A DNA stretch of 64,000 nt, filler included, from Sphacelaria rigidula (GCA_964200075.2; 11 parts of 11 records of this genome joined end to end with filler, not necessarily neighbours in it); one strand, 5' to 3'; positions 47,182-61,775 are shown, counted from the whole stretch's first letter. Notes: a model not told the origin generated them from the letters alone. Program-made: numbers and translations.

Positions 47182-49065
47182 CTGTGAGGGTCGTTAAGAT
47201 CGGGCAAAGGCTAGCGTTTAGAGAGATCCACTGCCAATAATAGAGTAGAAATTCACCCCTCCGAGGACTTTACGCCGAAGATATTCAAGGACATCTCGGG
47301 CGGACAGGAGTCCCAGTATCGGGGCAGGGCTGTATGTACCAAATTCAGGTGTTGGCACACAGTACTTGCAGGTGTGCGTGTGGCGTCCATCTGACATCCT
47401 ACTCTACTGCTGTGCATAGGGTCGTCGGCGAACCTATCCATAGTGGTACTCTAGCATGAGCTAGAGCGCTGCGGGAATGCGTCTTCTCCATTTCTTCGTG
47501 CAGATGCTATATACGGAGTATACAAACCATCCCAAAACTGCTACAGGATTTGTACACCCGAGGCCATCATCTAGCCTGCGTGCAGACGGTGGTAGTGGTC
47601 ACCGTTTGCATTTTGTGCTTGTGCCACCTGCGGTAAATACGTGAATAATCCCGTCCAGGAACGGGATAGATGGGATGGCAACGCACACATACACACAGTA
47701 GCTACTGGTATAATCAGGATCGAAATGACAGGCGTATCAACCCTTACTTCAGCCGACCGCCGCTTGGTACAGTAGTAGTGTCGCAAGCAGTTTAGTGTGC
47801 AGCAGCACAGTTTGTGCCATACCCGCACACAAAAAACTCACGTGGCAGTCAGTAGTGCAGTAGCAACCGTCTCAGTCAACAGAATACCACAGAGTTCACA
47901 GTCGGTGGCGGGCACGACAAACATGAAACGATACGAGCAGTCAATACACCCAGTAGGAGCGACACCGTGCTATTTCATAGAAGTAACGCTGCCGTCGAAA
48001 AAAGACTGTACTGTACTGTCTATCCCTGGTCCTACAGTCATGGAGAGGATGCACGGAGTGCTTCAACAGCTATGCTGTTGCTACGGTACTGTACATACAA
48101 CATGCATAGCTACTTCTGCACTGACTGTACTACACTCGTAAGCGAGGAGTGTGTGATGGAGCACTGACTGTACCATTGCGGGTGCGGTGTGCGACGAGTG
48201 TGTGATGGAACGTCACTTTCCAGACAGAGAAAAGTCTCCGGGAACGGACGGCTTTTCTGAAAGAGATTCGGAAAAATCTCGCTGTCTGGAAACGGCCATC
48301 AGTTTCCAGAGACTTTGTTAATGAAAAATGGGCCCATAAGGTCGCGTTCTGAAACAGGTCTCTGAAACTGACCAAAACGACTCTTCTCAGTGACTTTTTT
48401 CAGTTTGTGAGACCAACTTTCATGGCAATAGATCTCGATTTTTCTGAGACCCCGATTTTGGAGGGGGATGCCCAAATTCGCGAAATAACAATCGAGGGGA
48501 TCGTTTTATGGTACAGGCACATAGTATGACAGATTTGTGAAATGGTTCTGTACACAGACGATCTTTTCCTGCATGAGTGCGGTACTGCGTATTTGTGCAT
48601 GAAGCCTAGTAGCAGGCAGGCGGTGACTAATCCTTCGAGGACAGTGTCGTACCTTGGTACCCTAGCATAATACAGTGCAGGACACTCCATCAGGACAGTA
48701 CATGGTGATGCCGTGTGGGAGTACATGATGGCACAGTCGGTATTCCGAGAACAGTGAACAAACAGTGCGCGAGCAGAGTTCAGTAGTGCAGTGCCGTACC
48801 TCGAGTACAGCGACAACATACCAAGAGAGTACAGTAGCGTTCGTTATAGTGATGAATATGGCAGCGCAGCTCATCATAAAATATCACCATCGCCGGAGGG
48901 TACAGCGTCAGCACTTATTATCCGCTTGTCAAACCCCGTGCGAAGCTGCTTCAGTAGCTGGCGCGGGCAGGCACTACCCTTTGCTGTCACGAGACTGTCT
49001 GCTGCTGCCGTTGGCAAAAATATCACACGCCTCGTACCCTACAATTGTACATCAATGCACGTGCG

Positions 49066-49458
49066 TCACCGAAAAAAATCGGGGGGAGTCACGATCTCAG
49101 AACGATTTCCCCCGATTTTTTCGCCCCCGATTTGGTCCAAATCGGTGTCCATAAAATGTTATCCCCGATATTTTCCCCCGATGCTCGAAAGAATCGAGAT
49201 TGGTGACTGGCATAAAAGATGGTGTAAGAAGCGGTCCAAGCTTTTCTGCTTTTCACCCTGCCCGTCGCGCGCAAATAGTTATAACATGGACTTGAAGCCA
49301 TCTGAGAACATAAATGCCATGGACGTATCAGAAACGAGCTGATTACGAATAACTCGATTCCACCCCACGTTGTCGAGTCGAAAACAGCTTGATAAATCAT
49401 GGCCTTAGTCTACCATGTCTGTTATATCTTTTTTGTCTCCCCCACTTTTCTTCGGTGA
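49066..49458. mobile_element. MITE-like element with TCACCGAA..GGGGGAG inverted ends
   Basis: tcaccgaaaaaaatcggggggag pairs with ctcccccacttttcttcggtga. Internal cccccgat repeats. No clean TSD. Confidence 0.55.
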
Positions 49459-50339
49459 GTGTTTCAGTCTTGTTTTGTGTCGGGTACGTTCATCATGCGG
49501 ATTATGACCACAACTGGATTATGACTACCTGAGCGATCAGTTAAAGTGCGACAATAGATCAAGTCAATTGCATCATTCTACGGCACTACAAATGGTATTA
49601 GAGCTTTGCCCTTGATGCTTTCGCATACGAGCTGGGCTGGCTACCAGTGATTTTTAAACGAAGAGTGGAAATGCTATGGGCAATTCGAACAGTCAGGCGC
49701 TGAAATTTTGACACGCCATTTTTATTATCAATCCGAGCAACCCTGTGAGGGCTGTCACGGGGGAAAAAAATACAGGAAGTTAGAGCGAGTTCAAGTTTTA
49801 GCAAAAACAGGAAAAATGTTATACTCAAAACTTCCTCAAAAATTGATAAAAACGATGGCAACACTCCGGCACATACGGGCACTCACGTCAACCACATGCT
49901 TTGTGCAGTTTCAGCCAAAAATGCGATTATTGGGCTTCGCGTTGCACTTTTTGTGTGACCCCCGCGGTCAAAGTGATATAATAGCCTCAAATAACACAGG
50001 TCACGAGTTCGAATCCCGACACGACAAAAACTTATTGTGTGCATACTAATCGTGCATAATCTCTCGTACCTCTGGGTTGCAAAGGATATTTTGGTGACGG
50101 TCTTGCTTTTGGGGGGGGGGGGGGGGATGGCGCAGTTCCAAGTGGTACTTCTCACTCGTGCGGTGATATTCGACAGTTGGCTCTGAGGTTCTCTCCCATT
50201 ATGGAGCTCATGACGAGCTTGATGCAATCTTGCAGCACTACCAGTGTGCTCTTGCCTGGGCATGTCGGGTGTGCGTGCACCTATGCGGCCCAACGGTCTG
50301 TCGTAATTCCACCGCATTATGTGAAATGAAAAATAATCT

Positions 50340-52105
50340 ATCGATATACACTATCGAACACCATAGATGGTGAAATACATCTATTGATATGTATTGCAAG
50401 GGAAATATATGTTGCAATAGTCGATCGATAGCCTACGGCAATTACAATATATAAAGATAACGCGCCATCAATGGAAATCGTATACGGCAATAGATTCTGG
50501 GATGTGTATATCGATAGCCAGTGCCGTAACCAATAGGATTGGTGAGCCATCCGTCGATAGTCATTGCCGTTATCAATAGATTTGGTGAGCCATCAATCGA
50601 TGATCATTGCCGTTATCAAAAGATTTGGTGAGCCATCAATCGATAGTCATTGCCTTTATCAATAGATTATGTGAGCCATCCATCAATACCAGCTACCATC
50701 ATCAATAGATATGGTGAGCCGTCTATCAGTAGCCTCTGCCGCCAACAATGCATTTTTGGGTATCCATCAACATGGTCATTGCCGTCCACAATCGACACAA
50801 TCGATTGTTCTCGGGAGCACCTGTCGATAGCCAGTGACGCCAACGATAGGTTTTGATAAATATATTGCTCACTGCAGTGGTCTCATGACATCAACGCCGA
50901 TACCTCTCACACATGAACACGCAACTACCTGAGGCGATAGCTGGTCGTAGCTTCTGTGAAATAAGGTCGAAACATCCACCGAAAAATGTGCACACATAGC
51001 AAGTGAACGATGCCATTCAGCTACTTTTGTGATCAGCAATAGATATTGATGGCTGTGATTCAGATTGCATTGAGATCAGCGATATACATTGATGGCCGCG
51101 ACTCAGATGATATTGTGATCCTCAATAGACATTGGTGGGCACAATTTAAATCCTGGTGTGGCCAACAATATGTATTGGTGGTCGCAGTTCAGAGTCTATT
51201 GTACCAAATAAAATGCATCGAGAGACAACTTAGCCCCTCTATTGTCACGGTAATGATACATTCTGTCCCTTGTCCCGAATCTATTGTCGCCTACAGTAGC
51301 TATCGATATACGCTGATGCCAGTCGATCATGACTGACGATCAACATTGACCGTCAAAATTTCGGGGCTTATGCAGCGGCGATGTTTTATTACATAGTCTT
51401 TTGTCCAGGGTATAAGCACATTTCACCCCCACACAAAAATACTGTAAGCGCTCATGTCCATCGGAGGGACAACCATAAGTAACAACACCACACCAACAAC
51501 AAAACTTGTAAACTTTTGTCCACACATACAAGCGCTCCAGAATTGTGGAAACGTGGCGTCATATTTTCACAAGTAGTAGCATTATATACCCAATGCATGC
51601 CCATCTGCGACTTCTCCACCATACGTCAACGGAGTATGATATGCTCTACACGTAAAATGTTGCGATGCAAGTGTGGCAATAGACGACAGAGAATATCTAT
51701 CGGTAGGCATTGTATACCACAGTAGGTTCTGGCATACATCTATCGACATCCATTGCCATGCATTCATTTTGTACGCAATCTATCAAAAGCGATTGCCGTC
51801 ATCAATAGATTCAGCATACAACCTGTCAATGGCCATCGTCGTCGTCAATAGACTTGGCACGCGGTCTATCGATAGCCACTGCCGTCATCAATAGCTTTGG
51901 AAAACTATCCATCGATACATTTGGTCAACCGCAATAGACTTCGGTGTGGGGCCATAGTAAACTGCTGCCCAGACAAGAGTGCGGGAAACTGGTCTATCGA
52001 TAGACATTGCCGACGACAATAGAAAGAGAAACCTGCCGATCGATGGCCACTACTGGCGACAATATTGGCATCTACTGCAGCAGATTATATGCTATTGCAA
52101 TAGAT
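50340..52105. repeat. Degenerate 43-bp minisatellite (ATCAATAGAT/ATCGAT motifs), best preserved at 50520-50730 and recurring at about 51670-52105
   Basis: Unit atcaatagatttggtgagccatcaatcgatagtcattgccgtt. Confidence 0.8.
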
Positions 52106-52743
52106 GCCGTTTGTCCACGGTGTGGAAACTTGAGAAGTTGTAGTGCGGAGACAGAATGTGGGATGTACTGCCGACCCAGCTCGTATTCCGCCTAGAGAAC
52201 TTGTACAAGTGTGCATTTTTGTTTTCAGGTCTTGTACACTAAACTCGAGTAATTTTGACGCCTCGGGGGGGGGGGGTTCCGCTTCAACGTGGCCCCCGTT
52301 CGAACAAGACGCATATTTTTCTTGGCAAAAAAGGGGCAAGATCGGAGGAGGGNNNNNNNNNNNNNNNNNNNNNNNNNNNNNNNNNNNNNNNNNNNNTTAA
52401 TTAATTAANNNNNNNNNNNNNNNNNNNNNNNNNNNNNNNNNNNNNNNNNNNNCCCCCCGTGTTTCTCTTCGTCGCGTTCTCGTTCATTTGGGAGCACGAG
52501 TACACCGCTTATGCCGCCAATATCACGAGAACATGAGAGCAATGCAGTTGAAAACATTTGAACATTGTCTTGGCCTTAGTCAGCAGCAAACACCAGACCG
52601 TGCGGTGAGCCTTTGACGAGCTGAACAAGGCGCACACGTGGGCAAACGTCCCCACTGTAGATCACCTGTATTGACCAGCAAACGGAGGTGTCGAAATCCC
52701 TGTGATCATGCAACCCGCAGGATGCACCTGTGAAGCATAAGCG

Positions 52744-52852
52744 CAGGGATATCCTTGTGACAGGGTTGAGAGGTTTGTCCTAGCGACAGCGATGACAGGC
52801 ACAGGGATGCCCTTGTGGCAGGGATGACAGATATGCCCTTGTGACAAGGATG
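52744..52852. repeat. Short degenerate tandem repeat (..ccttgtgacaggga..)
   Basis: About four copies visible. Confidence 0.6.
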
Positions 52853-54767
52853 CATCCCTACACAACAAGTACTTCACAGAGGTGAACTTAAGAAATGGAC
52901 ATAAACACTTGTTGGTACTACGGAGATGCCACGAACCCTAACGCTAACCCTAACCCTCACATCGACCAAGGCATACCGACAACTCTCGAGCAAGGGGGGT
53001 GCAGAGTGTTTCTTAGGGGCCGTTATTATCGACACAGCTTTTAGGATATCGTCAAGATTTTAGGCTTTTTCGCACGTGGCGCTCGGCCTTCTCCGAAAAC
53101 GAAGCAGCTAGATTTTCACGCCAAGCCTTCACGTTTGGCGAACGCCAAATATTCCGGATCGCAGCACAATACTCCGCAGAGCTGCCGTTGGCGGACGCCG
53201 TGGCGCTCGCAAGCATGCGAGAATCATCAGGAACCTTGCTGGTGACACCCTGGGCTATGCCGTCGAGTAAAAAGCACCGCGGGTTGGCGGTGTCTATTTT
53301 CTTAGACCGTGTGTGCCCCGGCAGCGGTGTTGGAGCTGTTGGGGTCAAGCACGATGTTCGTCATTTGCAGACAAACGCACACTCGAAGTGAAAAGCGGAA
53401 GCAATCCAGTAACTACCTACTTGTCTGCAGTGTTGCTTCGAGTGTACGCTACTGCACCGTCTGAAAAGTGTATAGCTGGTGGTTTTATTTGGTGAATCTG
53501 CGCATACAACTCACAGAGAGCAAGCATGCTGCAATCTATGCACGGGGCTTTCTTCATTCAGTCGATATTCTTACTCATGTGTGCTCCTGCAGCATCCCGA
53601 GAGAGCCAGTCGATCACGCCCTAGCCAGTCCGACTGCTCCCCCGTGTCACAGAGAGGTCGTGAGAAATATCTTCGCCACAGTTATGAACGCCATACACGG
53701 CAGGTAGTATAACCCTGTCCTTTATTTTGCCGGCGAAGGCAAGCAAACGACGAGGTCAGCAGAATCTGTAATGAGATATCTAACAACAGTAAATTTAGAT
53801 AATAACGAGCCCTTGGAAATTACCTGAAACTCAGACCTTCTCCCATTTTTTTCATTTGACGATAATGAAGGCCTTAAGTAAAGCGTGTGTTGCGACAGCT
53901 CAAATCAACACCCTTCGAGAGCTCAAATTGATGCCTTTAAGCCGAGTTTGGACCAAAACACGTTCTGGACGACCTGGGCCTACTGCTCATCACTGCTCAC
54001 CTGCCCCAAATCATGGATTTTCTCAGAACTTTCTTCAGTCTGAAATCAAGTAAAGTCGAGTACCAATCATCACATTGGAAAATGCGGGTATGTGATATGA
54101 TGGGTGAATTGTGATCAAAGGTGTGCGTTCGCAGTCGTTCGTGACCTGTAACAACGTGAGATTTAGAGTAGAGCGCTGATTGAGAGTGGCTTCGGTCATT
54201 CGACCTAACTTGCCCGTTTTTTTATTCCGTGCGTGCTTTTCTTTGCCTCCATCACTGGCTTGTGCTCATAGTTAAACATCGATAAACTACTTTGGGATAT
54301 CAAGGGCGTCAGTGGCATGCTACTACAGAAAGAATATCGGGCCTCGCGGAGGGGTATTTCGGAACTGAAACGATTTATTCATTCATTGACCGCTTCTCAC
54401 TCTCGATCGTATCCTCTACTCTCAATCTCACGAAAACATCGTTCTATGTAATTGGAGGCTCTCTCACCAGTTGTGTTTGTTTGTCCACGTCTCTTTATTT
54501 TTCGCGGAGGGGTAATAAATACCTGCTCGATCGTCGCGAACAAAGCGCTGACTCGCACGCTTTTTCTCTGTTTATTTAACCCATATATATATTATGTACA
54601 TGTGTATCATTTCGCATTTTTCACCACTTTTGCCGAGTTTTCCCCGCCAACAAGGCATGTTTTCCCACGCTTTCTTTTGCAGCGCACTGAGAAGGCATAC
54701 GAACTATATTGTATACTTTCGACTTGCGTCACCCCCGTGAGGCCCATATACCAACCTCCCGAAGGGG

Positions 54768-55220
54768 AACCTTGATATATACATATATTGCTGCACCAAT
54801 ATAAATTGTGATTGTCCCTACCCTCGTGTATTGTCCGCCCAATGTATATTGGACGCATTGGCGCACGACACATGGGGGCGGCAATATATATTGGCGCTTC
54901 GTGTGTTGAGCATGTTGAATCATTAATATATTATTTCGACCTCGTGTGGCAGCCAATATATTACTCGACAAAGATATAGTAGTGCCCTACCGCACCAACA
55001 TGTTACTCAGCCAATACATATATTGAGGTGCCGCGTGTCGTGATGTATGGTTCGGTCGGTATATGTTGCATGTCGCGAAACTTGACATATTGATGGCACA
55101 ACATATAATGGCCCTCTCTCGTGCCGTCGTATTGCTCGGCCAATATATATTGACCACCCGACGCGTCGACATATTGAGCGAGCAATAATATTACATATAT
55201 ATATTGTATTATCCAGGGTG
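54768..55220. repeat. Element-like array of ATATATTG/CAATATAT motifs with weak inverted ends
   Basis: About a dozen motif copies in both orientations. Confidence 0.55.
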
Positions 55221-55221
55221 T

Positions 55222-55652
55222 GCAACGTTGTCAAATTGAACACTTACATTTTTTGAACTCATTCCACACAATCAAAAAGATCCTCAAGAGCTGCGGGAAA
55301 GTGGCCGTTTTGGCTTCGGTCAAACGTGCGAAGGTACTGTCGAGCAGGAACATCAAACTATTCTGGGATTGGCATAAAGCAATTAGTATAGAACCGAACT
55401 GAAATTGATAGGTTTACGTTTCAAATGGAAAACGGTGCAGATCAAACGGTTCGCAAGTGGAAAAACGTAGAAATCCATTCGGAGGAACTCTCTGTGCTTC
55501 TGCCAGTGTTACATGAGCTTGGAAAAGCTCTGTCGTCGTTTCATAAATACCTGGCACGGAGCGGGGAAGTCGCCCTCCCCGCAGCTTTTGAGGATCATTT
55601 TGACCGTGTGGAACGAGTTGGAAAAATGGAACTGTTCCAATTGAAACGGCTG
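55222..55652. mobile_element. Diverged fold-back MITE
   Basis: gaactcattccacacaatcaaaaagatcctcaagagctgcggga is the imperfect reverse complement of ccccgcagcttttgaggatcattttgaccgtgtggaacgagttg. Confidence 0.75.
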
Positions 55653-58367
55653 TCAATCTCGATGTTACGGTGATTGTACTGACAGTCTGTACAGTAGAGC
55701 AACGGAAGCTGGCTGTGACCGGGTTTTTCTGGCGTGCTGTCGCTAACGTTGCTTGAAGGCCATTCTTTGGCAAGACCTTTGCTGCCGGCGGTTGATGGCG
55801 TGGATCTCAAAAACAACGACAAGTGGTTGGTCGTAGAGCGCTCTTGTTCCTCGTGAAACATATCTCGTCTCAGCTTGTAATAAACGACCTCGTCACATGG
55901 AAATTCTCAAAGATGCCGACACACACGCAGCGGGTGGGTGCTCCAGATTACAGCATGGAGGCACCCCTATGCGTCACGCCAGCAAACGTCAGGTCATCAC
56001 CATGCATATCATCTTCTTTCACTCTGTATGACAAGAGGGTCTCCACAAGTGTTTGATCTCTCATACATCCCTCCAACTGCCGTGTGGCACGCTCTTGTCC
56101 TCGTCGCACACGAACAGGTACACACGTCGGGTAAAGCAGCGATGAAAAAAAACCCAAGTTGCGGTTGGATGTGTTATTCCCGCACCACTGTCCTTGCTGG
56201 CATGTGTGTGACAGAGAACAGTAGCGGTGACAGAGAACAATAGCGCTTGACTGCAAATTAGATATTCTGCTTGAGTCTCATTCTAGTGTTCAACCCCAGT
56301 TTTTCGGATACGCTGTTACTATCCTTCTCTCCGCGACGGATCTCTTGTGTATGGTGTGGGACGCTTTTGCTCACCTCTACGCGTTCTCATGTCTCACCCT
56401 CAACGTTCCGAACCACACCGATCCGCCCAGATACTGAGATAATATTTATGTCGGTAATAGTCAGCGTGAAATGCGGAGATCAGGTTCTGTTACGTCGACG
56501 ACAGGTATGCAACGATGCGCTTCATTGCTGATATTTTGTCCAGACCAGTCGCCACGCAGTGGACAAACATATTCGTGCCACCCTACCGACAATCCAAAGT
56601 GCTGTACAGGGAAATATTGACTTGTGCTACTGAATGTTTTACTGGTTTCAACATGAGTGCGCACGGCATCTTAGTCTCGATTCGGATTCTTCCCTACCGA
56701 CACATAAGCATGCCCATTTATGCGGAATTTGCAGGTGGAGATCTTGGTTCAGGGGTAATGTCCTCCACCATGGTGCTACTGATAGGGACTGACCGATGAT
56801 CCTCAGGCGCGCGAGACCGCGAAGGCGAAGTGCCGGTTCAGCAGCTACTGGGCCCCATTGGTTATCCCCTTTCGCGATCGGAGGCGTGCAGCAGATACGG
56901 GCGTGGTTCGTTGGTATTGCTGATTTAAACGCGATGTTTGTGAAACAGTGAGAATGGGAAATCTGTTGCCGCTATGTACATAAGTTTCTACTTGGAGAAA
57001 TGGAGGTTTTTCTCTCCCGAATCACTGGTACAAAGAGAGGGCTGAATATTGCTAGATATGCTACGTACTCTGTTTGGTGGACTGTGTATGTTGGCAGGGC
57101 GCCGCGGTGTGTGTGTGCGTGTGTGTGCGCGTGTGTGTGAATGTGTGGAGTTATGCCCAGTGTTTTGTGCACGGTTGGAAGCATTCAGTCGGAACCATTA
57201 CGGCATCTATCTTTGCTGGCGATATGCTAGGCGTATTGTACGGTGTATATTTTTTGTGGAGTTCATGAAACGGTGTTTTGATTAAAGGATCGGCGTGTAT
57301 GAGGTGGTAAAGCTGTCGTATCGATCCATATGCTAAATATTCACATAAAACATCAACCGAACATTCTATTTAGAAGAGACGCTTGTCCGCGTCGTCTGTT
57401 TCAGTTGCACTGGTGTTGCTGCCGTAATAGCTGGTGACACACACTCCTTTAATGCGATGTATTTTAATGTTGTGCGGGGAAGCTGAGAGGAAACTCCAAA
57501 AACACAGGGATACACTGCCGTCGATAATGTGACGCGTTTCATAGCGCTGATCGAAGGCGACAACGTTGGGAAGAAGACAACGTGCGTAATATAGATCTTG
57601 TTTGTGTGGATTATATCGGAAATGCTCGTGGTGTGTGGCGTGGTCTTGTTTGGATTGTATCGGAAAGGCTCGGGTTGTGTGGCGCTGTCTTCTGGACAGA
57701 CCGGCTACTATCACACTGGACAGTAGTGTATGACAGAGTTGCACCGTGGTCGCCACACACACTTGATTCTGCAGTAAAAGAAGAAAAAAGAACATAGTTT
57801 TCACAGGCAGTTATTTGGCCAACACAAAATGAAAAATTCAATCGCTTTTCAAAGCAGAGAGCTGAAGGGAACGCAGGATATTGACAACATTGGGAGCAGA
57901 GGTGACGGAATCACCATGATTCGTGGTTTCGTTGAACTGTCACAAGTTGCACGGCTATGTGCTTTAGACCCGAAATCTAGGAGACGGAACAAACAGCCAG
58001 GTTACAGGCTGTGTATAACACTTCCAACACACCCCCGCGGAGAAGGCGTCATAACAAAACAAAGTTTATGCAAGAGAATAAGCAAATCACAAGCAAAACA
58101 TAACACACTAGGGCTCGGAAATGGTTTGTACAATCATTAACCAGTTAAATGGTTACGCGTAGCGCACTCATTAACCAGTTNNNNNNNNNNNNNNNNNNNN
58201 NNNNNNNNNNNNNNNNNNNNNNNNTTAATTAATTAANNNNNNNNNNNNNNNNNNNNNNNNNNNNNNNNNNNNNNNNNNNNGATCATGAGTACACCCCCCC
58301 CCGCCCGCCCTTCCCTACCCCTTCAAGCAATGGGATATCCAGTCCCTCAAAATCAAGTTGTATTCAC

Positions 58368-59558
58368 CGGTCGCCGTAGCTCCTCGTGTACCAAGTCAAG
58401 GATGGATCGAAGAGCTTCGTGGGCGTCATGTTGGCCATTTCCGGCGAACCAGCTGTTACCCTTCACAAGCGCCTTCAGCGTGTTCGCCGCACTCTTTACC
58501 CGTCGCCCGTCACCCTCCTCCGCCCACATCCCCCCATACAGTTCCGACATGGCCAAGGCTAGCGGGCTGCTTTCCAGCGGCATTCCACGGGAAACAACAG
58601 TCAAGGGTGAGGACGGCGCGACGCGGGGGAGACGGTGGACTACTGAAGGAGTATGAGAGAACATATACGTTCTTGAAAGTTGCACCTGACATGACTTTTC
58701 TCGTGTTACCGGTTACCTTGTCTCTTGTGACCCCGACGGTACCGTGATCTGCCTCTCGAAATGATTTCTATCCGCGCGTTTGAAGCCCTCGCCCGCATGT
58801 TCACAGCACGAGCGTACGTACTCGAGGGAAGACAGTGTATCAAAGGCTAACAAGCCGTCACTCGACCAAGTATAAGCGGGCGAACCCCTCCCTCCCTTGT
58901 GAATGCAAAAGCCCGACAAATGCACGGCCCACCAACTTCCCTCAGAGAGTTTTGATGGTCCTGATGGGATGAAAAGAGGAGTAGTCAAGAGCTACGAGTG
59001 CAGTGAATAGAGCAAGGGTCCAGCTCATGCTACTATTTCGCAGGAAAACGGGGTTCATGAAGTCAAGCCAAGTATAGCTTGGGCAAAACTTCATGGTTTG
59101 GCACGCATGATTTCGACATGCTAATTGAAGTGCGATGAGAACTCTGCCATGAAACATTGTCCGCTGAGCGTTTTTCTTCCAAGCACAACACGTGTAGAGG
59201 AAGCAGGACAAGGCTGATCTACAGCAACTCAAACATGTGACATGTTTTAACTTCCTCACCCCCGCCCGCCCCCCATCTCCTTCCTCACCACGGTCGTCCC
59301 GCGACGTCGGGGATCGATGCACACTCCACCAAGTGGGCACGGAATGGTGCACAGCGAGCAAGCGCCTGCAGCGTGGCGTTGAGGTAACACCAATTTCCGT
59401 CATTCCTCAGACCCGCGATGCCCTGAGCCTTCTTCCTGCTACCGGTCTCGCCGCCCGCCGCGGCGACCACAGCATCCCCGTTGCTGCCGCCGTTGCCGCC
59501 GGCCGGCGGAATTGGGGATATAGAAACCCTGCTTACCCATGATTCCAGTGGGATGAAC
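58368..59558 (-). CDS. Ubiquitin-specific protease (peptidase C19, USP20/33-like) catalytic-domain exons about 59289-59558 and 58368-58566
   Basis: Cys box GLRNDGNWCYLNATLQAL and QHDAHEALRSILDLVHEELRRP. A phase-2 TG|C junction joins the two exons. The upstream acceptor is uncertain. Confidence 0.92.
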
Positions 59559-61775
59559 CTGCTCAAAAGCTCGGGCTTGGGTTTTGATATTGAGGGGAGG
59601 CAGAGGGCGCGAGTCGGAGGGCGGGTGTGGGAGCGCTTGCGATTGTGACGGGGCATAGGTGCTGAGGGCGTTTGACACAGGCACACTTTCGGTCGTTGCC
59701 ATTATCAACAACAACTGAAACGGGAGGGGGGGGGGGGGAGAGAGAGAGGAGGACGTAGACATAACGTTCGATATTAAACGCGAAAACCTCCCGAGGTACG
59801 CTAATGGATGGCTTCCACGTCCTGTACTTCAGGTTACGAAAATTCTCAGCAGGGGCGACGAGAAAGTCAACAGTCTTCTTTTCTGCGAGCAGGCCTCCCC
59901 CCTCGCACGCCCGTAAGACCTCGTTTGTCAGGAAGATCCTCACGAGTTGTTTCCGACGACACGACTTTGGATGGAAATAGATCCCGCAGTTCAGTAGGAG
60001 ATCGACAGGATTTCGATTTGTACCGGACTGTCTGTACAGCGCAAGGCAACGACCGAAAGTACTGTTGTTCAATGGCGTCGGTGTGGTCGGTAGCACCGAC
60101 ATCATTTTTGCGCCTGCAGCATACGCGTACAGTATGATGATTGCCCGTGCCGGTACTTCAACCTACAGGCGAGGAGGGCGTTTCGTGTCGGGGGGCTGTT
60201 AGCTCGATGCAAGATTTGTTTAGGGATCACGGACGGCAGCGCCTGACTCTCGCACAAGGCAGTTTGTTTACGTTCATTATTCCCATAGCTTTTTGTTGTA
60301 TACGCCCGTGATGGGTGAGCAACACGCACACACTTGTTTGTGTCGCGGAGATACTGCCAATGCATAACCCGTCTTCCGCGAACAAATCTTACAGATGGTG
60401 CTACCGTAGACAAATACCTAGATGGAGGCAATCATGAAAAAAAAAAGTTTATTGTGAAGAGGAGGAAGAGACAAGACTTGGCGCCGCATTAGTTGTAACA
60501 TATGAAGGTGACAAAAATGCCTTGTACTGCGCTCGTCTGTTCTGTACTGTGTCGCACCGTGCTGGCTGCGTATCTCCTGCAGCGGTGCTGTGTATAACAC
60601 TCTCGCTTGCTGGCCTCATGCGTGAAGATGTGATGGCCGCAAGTTCAAGAAGGTACATGCTTCCGACTAAGCCTCGCACCACATGCATGCTGCATACTGC
60701 GCACCACCCATCGTTACGGCCCTAGACACGAACCGCCAGCGAATGAACTGTAACAGTTGTCTACAAACTAGCCCGCTGGACCACTCCTGATCATCCCACC
60801 AACACAACCCTGGTCACCCCCAACGCTAACCCCAACAAGATGTAGACCATGAACCCTCCTGATGCAGGGTGGGGTAGTCAGTGGCAAAAGCAAGAGCGTT
60901 TGATGTAACCACGACTTGCCTTTTCTTGGATCCGAGCCAATGAGATTCGCGCAATTATTATGTCAACCATGGTTACCGCGGTTTTGTGAAGTCTTGTCGA
61001 ACCAGCTGCGTACTACTGTGTACTACAGAAATGATGGACATGTGTGAAGGCTGGACCGGAAAAAAATCCAACATCACCGCCGCCCCAATCTCTGTTCCTG
61101 TGTCGACACGAGCGACTGTCGAGAAATGCTCACCTTTGGCCTTTCAACCAACCTCGTTGCCCTTTTATGTCTATAAACTGCTGTCGGCATCTGACAACCA
61201 AGGGAAAGAACACAGACAAGAGTGGTGTGATTCTATCGCTTCCGAAACATGGTGAGCGATCGACACACGTACATGCCGAGCCGTATAAACGCCCGCAGTT
61301 GGGTGTCGGGTACACTGCCGTCGGGACGACAACGTTTTCGGGAGGTGATTCTTTCATGAAGGCAAACACAGCACAGAACAAAGTGAAGAGTGGAATGTTT
61401 CCGCCTTTTTTTCACCTCTTCAAGATATTTCAAAAATAGAATCCCGGCTGGGCGACTGCTCTCTTCTAGACGCGGTCACCAGCAAGCAGCCTCATAAATA
61501 CACCTTTGGCAAGAGTTGAACTGAAACCAGTCTGTGTTACTGCACTGAAAGTTGTAGCTACAAACCAAACGATAGCAACGCTGCGGGGGGGGGGGGATAT
61601 GTTGCGAAGATCTCAGTCGTGATAAGGCCCCGTCGCCGCTCCCCCTCCCGTTCAACAATACTTCACATCAACGAGGTCTCATTAGTTCTACTTCAGGTAT
61701 GGAAGGTACGGAGTTACAAATCCATACCCTGCAGAGCAAACGAAGCGCACACAGGCTTTCCAAACAATACCATAC

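Noticed and set aside
49955..50030. tRNA gene (GAGTTCGAATCCC B-box)
   Set aside because: I could not form acceptor or anticodon stems. More likely a decayed tRNA/SINE head.
50520..50730. CRISPR-like regular repeats
   Set aside because: Units are head-to-tail with no unique spacers, no cas genes are present, and the context is eukaryotic.
53050..54050. Possible pseudogene on the minus strand
   Set aside because: Coding-like composition but no identifiable domain or splice pattern.
55425..55673. 82-aa ORF as a protein-coding gene
   Set aside because: It lies in one arm of a fold-back repeat and has no recognisable motif.
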